This document shows, in pieces, positions 1 through 10,041 of a stretch of 18,101 nt of DNA (positions within the stretch are counted from its first letter, which is position 1; each line of letters opens with the position of its first letter). The notes under the pieces are model-generated. The model made no database searches, was not told the DNA's origin, and worked only from the letters and a program-made list of their open reading frames with translations. The stretch spans positions 1 to 18,101 of the forward strand of contig NW_021824587.1 in assembly GCF_006345805.1 (NCBI RefSeq), read 5' to 3'. A program made the translations under genes and the position numbers. The stretch is from Octopus sinensis. Taxonomy: Eukaryota.

Positions 1-118
1 TGACATGTAACAATATCGTAGTTGTTATTGAAATTCTAGTCAAGAGCTTTTGTTTCTTTCTTAAAAACTAGCTCCTTCTTTCTAGGAAGAATACTAATAA
101 ATTAAAATGTGAAGGCAA

Positions 119-190
119 ACATACATACATACACACATACATACATACATACATACATACATACATACATACATACATACATACATACAT
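119..190 (+). repeat. (ACAT)n microsatellite
   Basis: Near-perfect ACAT tandem run; source of the spurious MYVC/HTYI ORFs. Confidence 0.97.
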
Positions 191-399
191 TGAATAACGG
201 TTTTCAAATCCGGCACCCAAGATACACCTCCAGCTTCATATCTATTACCACCGGAGCAACAGGATACATACAATTCCACCTGAGGCAAAGTGTGGCTGAG
301 TTTAGGCTCTTCAGGAGATAACGCTAATCCTTAATTCATACATTATAAATTATCACGATATCTGGGATTATAAAAAGCTGCAAGTACTTCTTAAGATTT

Positions 400-706
400 G
401 GAGGCACATGGCCTAGTGGTTAGCGCAGCTGAATCGCGGTAGAGGGATCGCGAGTTCGAATCTCAGACCGGGCGATGTGTGTGTTTATGAGCGAAACACA
501 CACGCGGCTCCGACAGCAGGTGATGGCGAACCTCTGCTAACTCTTTCGCCACAACTTTCTCTCACTCTTTCCTCCTGCATCTTGCAGCTCACCTGCGACG
601 GACTGGCGTCGCGTCCAGGTAGGGAACCTATACGCCAAGGAAACCGGGAAACCGGCCCTTATGAGCCAGGCATGGCTTGAAAAGGAACAAACAACAGCAA
701 ACAAAT
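400..706 (+). mobile_element. Full-length tRNA-derived SINE with 9-bp target-site duplication
   Basis: A box TGGCCTAGTGG (409-419), B box GTTCGAATC (~454-462), body, (AAC)-rich tail at ~686-705. Identical TTAAGATTT at 391-399 and 707-715. Confidence 0.9.
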
Positions 707-819
707 TTAAGATTTAAAGGACGAAAAACAAACCAAGATGCTTTCCATCACAGCCATGATGACCGGCCAAACTTTATTCTAAATTAAAAAGAGAACAAAC
801 AAACAAACATACACTCATG

Positions 820-895
820 CATACATACATACATACATACATACATACATACATACATACATACATACATACATACACATACACATACACGTACA
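820..895 (+). repeat. (ACAT)n microsatellite
   Basis: Tandem ACAT run. Confidence 0.95.
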
Positions 896-1113
896 TGCAT
901 ATTTAATAAGATGTTGAAATTCCAATGAAAGGGCCTTTTTTCTGGGTTGGAATCCGGCTCTTTCTCTAATGGAGAGAAGTTGTTGTGAAAATGAAGCCAG
1001 AACACCCCCCACACACACTCACGCAGACACACACACACACACACATACACGCACGCGGGCAAAGAAATATACATTCGTGCGCGCGCACACACACACACGG
1101 ACAAAGAAATATA

Positions 1114-1675
1114 TTGGGCTGTCCCGAAAGTTCGTGCCGATTTTTGAAGGGAAGAAAAAAGTCAATAACTACTTGCCATTACATTTTAAATCAACCAAAT
1201 ATGAACCATTTTGTTGCACAATGCGTCTCTATCTTTCCTTTAACTTGAAAATACCCTCTTCCCAGAATTGAGGGGGTTTCATAGCAAAGAATTCATCAAG
1301 GTATCTTTTATATCATCCAAGGAATTGAAATTTTTACCATTAAACTATTTGCAGAGACCTGAATAAGTGGAAATCCAAAGGAGCAATATCTGGTGAATAT
1401 GGAGGTGGGGTAACACATCCCAGCCGAGCCGCAGCAATTTTTTTGTCTGCTTCCCAAAGCATCAAGTGCTGAAAATGAACTTTCTTATCTTCCATTTTAA
1501 AGGTTATAGAATAACACAAGTTATAGGAACATAAACCTTCTTCCACGGAAAGATAGCTTAAACTGTGCTCTAAATGGAGGTGAAGTAAAATCCTGTTTTA
1601 TGGACTCAGCCATGTTCTAAAATAAGTCGAAATGTAAGCTACAATAAATCGGCACGAACTTTCCGGACAACCTAA
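1114..1675 (-). mobile_element. Internally deleted mariner (Tc1/mariner) DNA transposon, 562 bp
   Basis: 30-bp TIRs at 1114-1143 and 1646-1675 (27/30 match), flanked by TA at 1112-1113 and 1676-1677. Minus strand carries the transposase N-terminus MEDKKVHFQHLMLWE joined to C-terminal motifs LGWDVLPH.PPYSPDIAPLDFHLFRSLQ and FWEEGIFKLKER*RRIVQQNGSY, with frameshifts and a stop. Confidence 0.93.
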
Positions 1676-2694
1676 TATATATATACACACACACACGCTT
1701 CACGATTGTATATATTTATGAAGAAAAAAAATCTTATTTACTTTAACAACGATTTGAAATATAGTGAAACATATATAATCATTATTAAATCTATTTTAAA
1801 AACAAAATGAAATCAGTTTTTGTTGAACTTAAACAAACAACTATAAACAAAAACAAACAAAATTTTTAAAAAATTACTTTCCCCTTGGAGATCTCTTATC
1901 CAAAATTATAAAAAAAAAAACAAAAATAAAGAACAATAAAAGCAAAGCATAAAATAATCTACCAAAATAACGACAACAAAACACGGAAAAATACGGAACC
2001 TGAAACGAAACAAAAAAAACGAAAAAGAACAACAGATAACTTATAAAATATTTTATGTCAATAGAAAAAGTGAGACAAGCTAGACCATGGGTGACTACTG
2101 AGATAACATATAGTTGTCAGACAACATAAAACACAGCTGTCAGACGACAGAAAAACTAATGACATAGAGATTTTTTTCCAGTTAGCTTTTCCATACTCTT
2201 TGCATGAAATATGTTAACACGAACATAACTGTTTGTGTGTCTATACTTGTCTTTTTCTTTCTTTTTTTAAACATGTTTTTTTTTATGTAGAATGTGTCTA
2301 AAAGTGATACATTCTCTGAATATTCCGACTTTTCTACGTCCACAAGTTAACAGTATTGTACATTCAAAGAATGATTCTCTATCTCTCTCTCGTCACCACT
2401 TCGGCAACTACGGTGAGATTCTTTTTATGCATCACTGAAGTGGTTTAGTGAGGGTAAAAACATGCCAGGCATTGTCCCTCATAATTGTTGAAAAAATAAA
2501 AAAAATGAGTTTATCTAATAAAACTTTGTCATCCTCAACATATACTGTATTCGCCAGCGTATAAGACGAGCTGCTTTCTATTTTTCTATTATTTTAAAAA
2601 TGTATTAAAATATTGCGCTGCGTCCAATGAAACCATATTATGGATGGGAGACCGAATGTTGTAGGTTAGGAGCCAGATACGCTTTAACTTCGCT

Positions 2695-3006
2695 AGGTTT
2701 TGGAGTGGCATCTGGAGCAAAGACAAGGAGCACAAGAAGGATGCTGAATGGTTGCAAGAACTGAAACAAACAGTAGTTTGTCCAAAACAGGCAGAACTAG
2801 TCATTTCAGTTAGGGAAGAGGAGGAAATCAGAAAAAAAAAAAAAAAAAAAATGAGCAACTGGGAGGCCCCGGGATCAGATGGAGTCCAAGGCTACTGGGT
2901 CAAAAGATTTGGTGAATGTCATGCACGAATAGCTGCGCAACTCAACACCTTGTTAAATGCCGACCAAGCAACACCAGAGTGGTTGACATTGGGTAGGACA
3001 GTGCTG
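2695..3006 (+). mobile_element. Non-LTR retrotransposon fragment, pre-RT/RT domain-0 region, R4/Dong-like (RLE-type)
   Basis: Reads RFWSGIWSKDKEHKKDAEWLQEL...MSNWEAPGSDGVQGYWVKRF...RIAAQLN...TPEWLTLGRTVL. This matches the FW.IW / H..AEW / NWKAPGPDG.QGYW.K / PEW.T.GRTVL motif series of this group. The clade is assigned from recalled motifs. Confidence 0.8.
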
Positions 3007-3190
3007 CCTCACATTGGATTGGATTGGACTGCCTAAGTTCAGTCCACTGTAGGACGAAGACCTCAGAATGTTCTCTCCCTCTCCACCAACCGCGTCCTGA
3101 TGTGGAGGCCATGAATTTGATATCCAGGTCATATTTGGTTTGATGAGTATGAGCCTACTTTGTCACTCTGGCTCCATATAGCTTTGTAGC
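3007..3190 (-). mobile_element. RTE-clade LINE 3' end (degenerate)
   Basis: Minus strand reads ...GWWRGREHSEVFVLQWT, resembling the RTE C-terminal WR...EA(F/Y)V.QW, followed by a (CCAAT)n tail (plus strand cattggattggattgg). Confidence 0.6.
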
Positions 3191-3224
3191 AGGGTGCAGT
3201 TTATATATTCTTACCCAGAAGTAG

Positions 3225-3392
3225 TTAAGTCGATTACATCGACCCCAGTGCTCAACTGGCACTTATTTTATCGACCCCAAAAATATGAAAGGCAAAGTCG
3301 ACTTCTGCGGAATTTGAACTCACGTAAGGACAGGCAAAATACCGCTAAGCATTTTACCCGGCGTGCTAACGATTCTTCCAGCTCACCGCCTT
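3225..3392 (-). mobile_element. tRNA-derived SINE with Meta/MESC-like central domain (copy 1, tail lost)
   Basis: Reverse complement: aaggcggtgagctgg...gagttcaaattccgc..gtcgactttgcctttcat...gtcgataaaataagt; homologous to 9459-9678. Confidence 0.85.
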
Positions 3393-3426
3393 AAGCATAT
3401 TAATTAGTACTAAGAACCCTTCCAGC

Positions 3427-3528
3427 TGTAGGCACGAGGCCTGGACTTTGTGAGGAAGGTGATAGTCGATCACATCGACCCCAGTGCTTAACTGATATTT
3501 ATTTCATCGACCTTGAAAGGATGAAAGG
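3427..3528 (-). mobile_element. Same SINE family, 5'-truncated, tail type A (copy 2)
   Basis: Central domain plus tail ggcacgaggcctg..., matching the reverse complement of the 9630-9665 tail. Confidence 0.75.
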
Positions 3529-3530
3529 AC

Positions 3531-3726
3531 TAAACATAGAGGGGACAAACAAGAACAGACAAAGGGATTACGTCGATTACATTGACCCCAGTGCGTAACT
3601 GGTACTTAATTTATCGGCCCCGAAAGGATAAAAGGCAAAGTCGACCTCGGCGGAATTTGAACTCAGAACGAAATACCGCTAAGCATTTCGCCCGGCGTGC
3701 TAACGTTTCTGCCAGCTCGCCTCCTT
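3531..3726 (-). mobile_element. Same SINE family, tail type B (copy 3)
   Basis: Very similar to 11582-11790, apart from a ~12-nt deletion in the tRNA-like head. Confidence 0.87.
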
Positions 3727-3801
3727 CTCGGAATCTTGGGGTTTGGAGCCCGTGCTCTTAACCACTACGCCATATACCCGTGGGCACATGGCGTAGAGGT
3801 T
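3727..3801. mobile_element. Remnant centre of a head-to-head tRNA-headed palindromic element
   Basis: Minus-strand tRNA-like head (TGGCGTAGTGG A box ... ccccaagattccgag) abutting a plus-strand ATGGCGTAGAGGTT. Inverted repeat AACCACTACGCCAT / ATGGCGTAGAGGTT around cccgtggg. Homologous to 4400-4510. Confidence 0.75.
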
Positions 3802-3818
3802 TTTCTTGCACTTCAGGC

Positions 3819-3995
3819 TGTTTCTTGCAACAAATATCTCTAAGGCAAAATTGTTTCATGGACCCTTCAAATACAACTATGGACCCCCAATTTACTATTT
3901 TGCTTCCATGACCCCCCACCTCACCCCCAATGATCACATAGATACTGGTAGAAACCAGGATGTTTCTTGCAACAAATATCTCTAAAGCAAAATTG
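3819..3995 (+). repeat. 35-bp direct repeat pair inside a probable hAT remnant
   Basis: TGTTTCTTGCAACAAATATCTCTAA(G/A)GCAAAATTG at 3819-3853 and 3961-3995. A hAT-like terminus TTGAAAACCACTG lies at 4091-4103. Confidence 0.7.
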
Positions 3996-4223
3996 CTTTT
4001 ATAAGTCATTAAAATACTGATGTGTATCTTCAATTTACTATATTGATTACATGATCCCGCCCCCACCGCTAGGGATCACGTGGATACTGATTGAAAACCA
4101 CTGCCAACAGTTGGACTTAGTAGATGTGAAGCGGCATAAAATGTGATTGTGAGACAGAATATAGAAGTGAAATGACATGAAATATAGTTCTTTATTTACA
4201 TTCGACGGATCTTGTTTGTTGTT

Positions 4224-4266
4224 AACACGTTTCGGTTGATATACCCCCCAGTCTTCATCAGGTGTC
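4224..4266 (-). ncRNA. Degenerate hammerhead motif (left arm)
   Basis: GACAC-CTGATGA-A-GACTG-loop-CAACC-GAAA-CG-T-GTT. The core is intact, but stem II has 2 mismatches and 3 nt are missing at the cleavage site, so it is probably inactive. Confidence 0.5.
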
Positions 4267-4324
4267 TTGGGGAAATTTCGAACCTGGGTTCTCATTCCTA
4301 AGGTATTTTTCGATGTTGTTGTTG

Positions 4325-4394
<70 letters not shown>

Positions 4395-4613
4395 GTTAGT
4401 GTTCAGGTCTGCTTGGAATCGAACTCGGAATCTTAACCATTACGCCATATGTCCGGGGGTTAAGAGCGCAGGCTACTAACCCCAAGATTCCAAGTTCGAT
4501 TCCAAGCAGTGACCTGAACAGCAGCAGCAACAACAACAAAAACAACAACAACAACACAATAATAACATCGAAAAATACCTTAGGAATGAGAACTCAGGTC
4601 GAAATTTCCCCAA

Positions 4614-4658
4614 GACACCTGAAGAAGGCTGGAAGTATATCAGCCGAAATGTTGTGTT
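4614..4658 (+). ncRNA. Minimal type I hammerhead ribozyme motif (right arm)
   Basis: Stem I GACAC(4614-18)/GTGTT(4654-58); core CTGAAGA(4619-25) plus an extra A; stem II GGCTG(4627-31)/CAGCC(4641-45); GAAA(4646-49); TG; UU, with predicted cleavage at 4653/4654. The stem III palindrome reads ATGT rather than ACGT. Confidence 0.65.
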
Positions 4659-5087
4659 AACAACAAACAAGATGAGGACAAATATCCGTCGAATGTAAAT
4701 AATGTAAATAATGTACATAATTCCTCATCTCTTAAAAATAGAACTGTATTATGAAATATAGTTGTTAGACGATATAAATTATAATCGTTTGACCGCATAA
4801 ATTACAGATTGCTACGACATGAAATAATTGAGATGTTATGATAAATTATCGTATGAGGACATAAGATACGCATAACACGAAGCGAGCCAAACAGCAATTA
4901 TTCATCAATCTAGCGCAAAAAAATGTTTGACATGTGTACAAATGTAATAATTACATGTTATTGCATCATATATCATGATGCTGATGTTGTTGGGAGGCAG
5001 AGAGGGGGAGAGAGAGAGAGAGAGAGAGGGGGGTAGGATTTTACAGACACGTTGACACACACACACACACACACACACACTCATATA

Positions 5088-5249
5088 CAGGGCGTGGCTG
5101 TGCGGTAAGAAGCTAGCTTCCCAACCACATGGTTCTGAGTTCAGTCCCACTGCGTGACACCTTGGGCAAGTGTCTTCAACTATAGCCTCGGAGTGATCAA
5201 AGAATTCTGAGAGAATTTGGTAAACGGAAACAGAAAGAAGCCCATCGTA
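5088..5249 (+). mobile_element. tRNA-derived SINE with CORE-like domain, 5' half
   Basis: A-box-like TGGCTGTGCGG, B-box-like GTTCAGTCCC, then ACCTTGGGCAAGTGTCTT; homologous to 14542-14700. Confidence 0.85.
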
Positions 5250-6003
<754 letters not shown>

Positions 6004-6013
6004 TATATAGTTT

Positions 6014-6240
6014 ATGTGTGTGTGTCTTTGTGTTTGTGTTTGTCCCCTCACCACCGCTTGAAAACCGATGCTGGTATGTTTACGTCCCCGTAATTTAGCA
6101 GTTCGGCAAGAGACCGATAGAATAAGTACTAGTCTTACTAAGAAAAAGTCGATTTCTTCGACTAAAAAAAGCCTTTTAGGGGGTGGTCCAGCATGGCTGC
6201 AGGCTAATGACTAAATCAAGTAGAAGAATAAAAGAAAATA
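6014..6240 (+). mobile_element. 3' half of the CORE-like SINE
   Basis: gagaccgatagaataagtact...ccagcatggctgcag..aatgact.aa.caagta; homologous to 14733-14850. Confidence 0.8.
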
Positions 6241-8480
6241 CATATACATACATACATACATACATACATACATACATACGGCGTTCGAGGGCCTTTGCGC
6301 TCGCGCGCCTTGGCGCGCGCTGGGGGCTTGGTCGGCCCCTTGGGCTTGCGTTGTACTGCTTGTGCGTTGTGTGCGTGAGCGCGCTTCGTGTGTGTGGGCT
6401 TGCTTCGGATGTGCGCGTGGCGTATGTATGCATACATACCACACCCTCGCATGCTCCCTACCCACCATACATACACGCACACCTACTCACACACACAACA
6501 TACACACACATACCTGCACACACACACACATACATACACACATACATACCTACTTCAGACATACACACCACACAGACATACACCCATACACTCACACTCA
6601 CACGCCATACACACACACACATACACACGCACACGTACACATACACACACACACACACACCTACATACATACATTACACTTGTATACACACACACTTACA
6701 TTCATACACACACACACCTACACAGCCATACCCTCACTCAGACACACACATCTACCTACACACACACACAAACACAACAGGACACCACACACCATACATA
6801 CATACATCTACACACACACGACTACACACATACATACACACATACATAAACACACACACATACACATATACACACATACGCACACACACATATACTTATA
6901 CACATGACACACACCCACACATACATACACCCATATACATACACACACACATACCCACATACTCCTATACGCACATACATACACACAGACATACACACAT
7001 ACACACTCACACAAACATACACACACACATACTTACACACACACTCACCTGCACGCGCACACACATGCATGACAAACACCCATACACTCACACTCACATA
7101 CGCACACACCAACATAAACACGCATACGCACACACACACCTACACTCCCCACACACATACACACGCACCTACATACACACACGCACGCATACACACGCAT
7201 ACACACATCATACATTACACATACAACACACACCTACATACACATGCATACACACACACACACAAACATGCACGGACACACCCAGACATTACACACATAT
7301 ACACCTATATACACACGCCCACACACCTACATACACACCCATACATACACACACATACACGGACATACCCATACATACTTACATACATACACCTATACAC
7401 ACACGCCTACACACCTACATACACACACATGCATACACACACACACACATGTACGCACATACACACACATATACGCACATACATATATACCCACACCACA
7501 TGCCACACACACACACATACGCACATGCATGCATGCATGCATGCACACGCGCACACCTACACGCATACACACACACACACGCACGTACACATACATACAT
7601 ACACACACGCATACATACACCCATACACATACATGCATCCTACACACACATACATACACACTCACACATACATACACACACACACACTCACTCACACACC
7701 TGTATGTACGCGCACACACATGCACATACACACACTTCCCCACACCCACACGTACATACATACACACTCACACACATACACACACACACACACACACACG
7801 ACATACATCTATGCACACACATACATACACACATACTCACATACATTCATCGGACACACTGCCACCCGGACATACACACAGACACACTCACACATCCCAC
7901 ACATACCATACTTACGCACATACTCGCAGGCGCGCGCACGCACGCGCTTGCGCCGGTTCGCGCACGCATACGCGCCGCAGGCACCTCGCTCTTGGACCCG
8001 ACGAGACCTCCCGCCCGTTCCTGGGACCGTCGCGTGTCGTTGGGTTTTCCCACGCCGTCTCCGCGGGACCACTCTCCATCTTCCCCTCAGCTGGAGTCCT
8101 TTTTCCTTTAACCCCCCCCTTTTTCGTTACACACACGCGCACACATATACACACATTGCTTAAATATATACATTACTCTTACACACATTCAATCTACTCG
8201 CCATTAATACCACCACGACACTGAGACCACACACACACTACTACTCAACACACGCTGGCACGCTAAATACGCCCCACCCCTTCCCCTCCCTCCCTTCCTC
8301 CTTCCTCTTTTTCTTACTACTGACCTTGTCTGCTAAGCTGACCACTAGTCTCGCCCTACCTCACACGCCTACACACAGACGCACACACTAACACACACAT
8401 ATATATTTTTGTGTTTTTTCATCTCGCCTCACACACACACATACACACGCACACGACACACACTCACACATACACACACA
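6241..8480 (+). repeat. ~2.2-kb degenerate (CA)/(ACAT) low-complexity tract with GC-rich patches
   Basis: Almost entirely A/C/T mosaics of CA, ACAT and ACAC. The 642-, 419- and 326-aa ORFs here are H/T/Y/I repeat translations. Confidence 0.9.
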
Positions 8481-8823
8481 TCTGTTGCGTTACAACCTTA
8501 TCTCCACTCTTTTGCCTTTAAAAACCCACTTTGCTCTGTTTTCGTAAACATCCGCCTTTCACCATGTGCAACTCGTAAACACCAGTCGTCTTTTTTCTTT
8601 CCTGTTGCCCGCTCTGGGATCTTTCTTCCTCTCTCTTCCTTCTTTATGTTTCCGACGAAGAGCTCCGCTCGAAACGTCATACCTCCCTGCTTCCATTTCC
8701 TGAGCGCCTATTAATAATAATACTGTAATTGTTCCATTGTTGTTGTTTTTTTGTTTCCCGTTTGGATTAAAATTATATATATATATATTATATATATATA
8801 TATATACATACACATATAAAATA

Positions 8824-9030
8824 AGTGTACATTTAAACACATTAACAGGTTTCCATCATAGGACTCACTTACTCTAGAAGGAACAGCTAAAGTCCAAACC
8901 ACTAATTAGAGATAAATTCTCGAAGGAAATGTAAAATTTATCCCTCATTAGTGGTTTGGACTTTAGCTGTTCCTTCTAGCGCAATGGAGTCCTATGATGG
9001 AAACCTGTTAATGTGGTTAAATGTACACTG
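8824..9030. mobile_element. 207-bp hairpin MITE with Tc1/mariner-like (C)AGTG...CACTG ends
   Basis: Arms 8824-8918 and 8935-9030 are near-perfect reverse complements with a 16-nt loop; TA at 8822-8823 and 9031-9032. Confidence 0.85.
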
Positions 9031-9458
9031 TAATAATATATAGTCTATTGACTAATTTTTCTCATACGCTAGGCCACTGATAGTAAAATTTCTAGAATCT
9101 TTATTACACTGATATTATTATTATTATTATTATATTATATATATATATATATATATAATATATATATATAATATTATATATAAGAAATATATCGCACATC
9201 ACTAACTAGTGGTATGTTTTGTTTTTTACGGCCCATTTGCTGCTTTAGGACTGAAAGACAGCGAAATATAACAATCCCCGCTCTTGTTCATCAAAGGTGC
9301 GAGTTGCCCCGCCCGGTCTGAGACGTTTAGTGTTTTCTTTAACAGTCGGCGTCAAGAAAGGACGTTTCCCAAACCGCTATCCAGCAGCTGGAGGGCGTTT
9401 AAAGAAAACGTACAAACAATGCACTATGTTGTATATAACACCGATAATGTTTACGTTT

Positions 9459-9678
9459 AAGGCGGAAAGCTGGCAGAATTGTTAGCACGCCGGGCGAATT
9501 GCTCAGCGGTATTTCGCCCGTCGCTACATTCTGAGTTTCAATTCCGCCGAGGTCGACTTTGCCTTTCATTCTTTCGGGGTCGATAAACTGAGTACCAGTT
9601 GCTTACTGGAGTCGATGTAATCGACTTAACCTCTTCCCCCAAATTTTAAGCCGTGTGCCTATAGTGGAAAGGTTATTA
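9459..9678 (+). mobile_element. Full-length tRNA-derived SINE with Meta/MESC-like domain, tail type A
   Basis: tRNA-like head, then gaggtcgactttgcctttcattctttcggggtcgataaactgagtaccag, then tail ending ttatta. Confidence 0.88.
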
Positions 9679-9994
9679 GAGCTGCGTTTATTTCAAAATT
9701 TTATATGTATATATATATATATTTACTTTTTGTCTTTGTTGCGGTATACATTCGCTAGCTTTCTTACAAAGGCGTCTAAAGCTCTTAGCTTAAACTTTTT
9801 TGGGGGTAACCAGATCGAACCATCTCAAATGTAACTGTCCGAAATAGTCGTGACTTCTGGTACTTGACTGAAGAAAGAAAGCCAAGAAAACCCCGTCTTT
9901 TTTGCCTGCCCTTCTAATTGTTGTTTCTCTTGTCCGCCTTTGTGTTGTCTTTCTGTCGGAACGTTTTAATGCCCTCTATTGCGTTTCTGTTCCA

Positions 9995-10041
<47 letters not shown>

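Larger units (their letters stand above)
4181..4750. mobile_element. Fold-back (head-to-head) dimer of a tRNA-headed, microsatellite-containing element with hammerhead-like tails
   Basis: Left arm (~4181-4455, minus) is the reverse complement of the right arm (~4459-4750, plus). Each has a B box GTTCGATTCC, an (AAT/AAC)n tract and the tail aacatcgaaaaataccttaggaatgagaac...caagacacctga(t/a)gaagg...ccgaaa. Direct repeat ATGAAATATAGTT at 4177-4189 and 4751-4763. Confidence 0.88.

Noticed and set aside
400-475. tRNA gene
   Set aside because: There is no acceptor stem, and it continues into a SINE body with a tail and TSD. The same applies to the other tRNA-like heads.
2110-2150. Two small hairpins, GTTGTCAGACAAC and CTGTCAGACGACAG
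   Set aside because: Short, with no boundaries or further copies to assign a function.
2543-2570. TACTGTATTCGCCAGCGTATAAGACG, a pogo-like end
   Set aside because: Single end with no matching TIR; too little support.
6183-8224. 642-, 419- and 326-aa His/Thr-rich ORFs
   Set aside because: They are translations of CA/ACAT low-complexity DNA that is open in several frames; there is no domain signal or splice context.
9861-9900. CTGAAGA...GAAAACCCCGTC, a possible hammerhead before a pyrimidine-rich stretch and (TA)n
   Set aside because: No stem II or stem I pairing can be drawn; at most a decayed PLE-like remnant.
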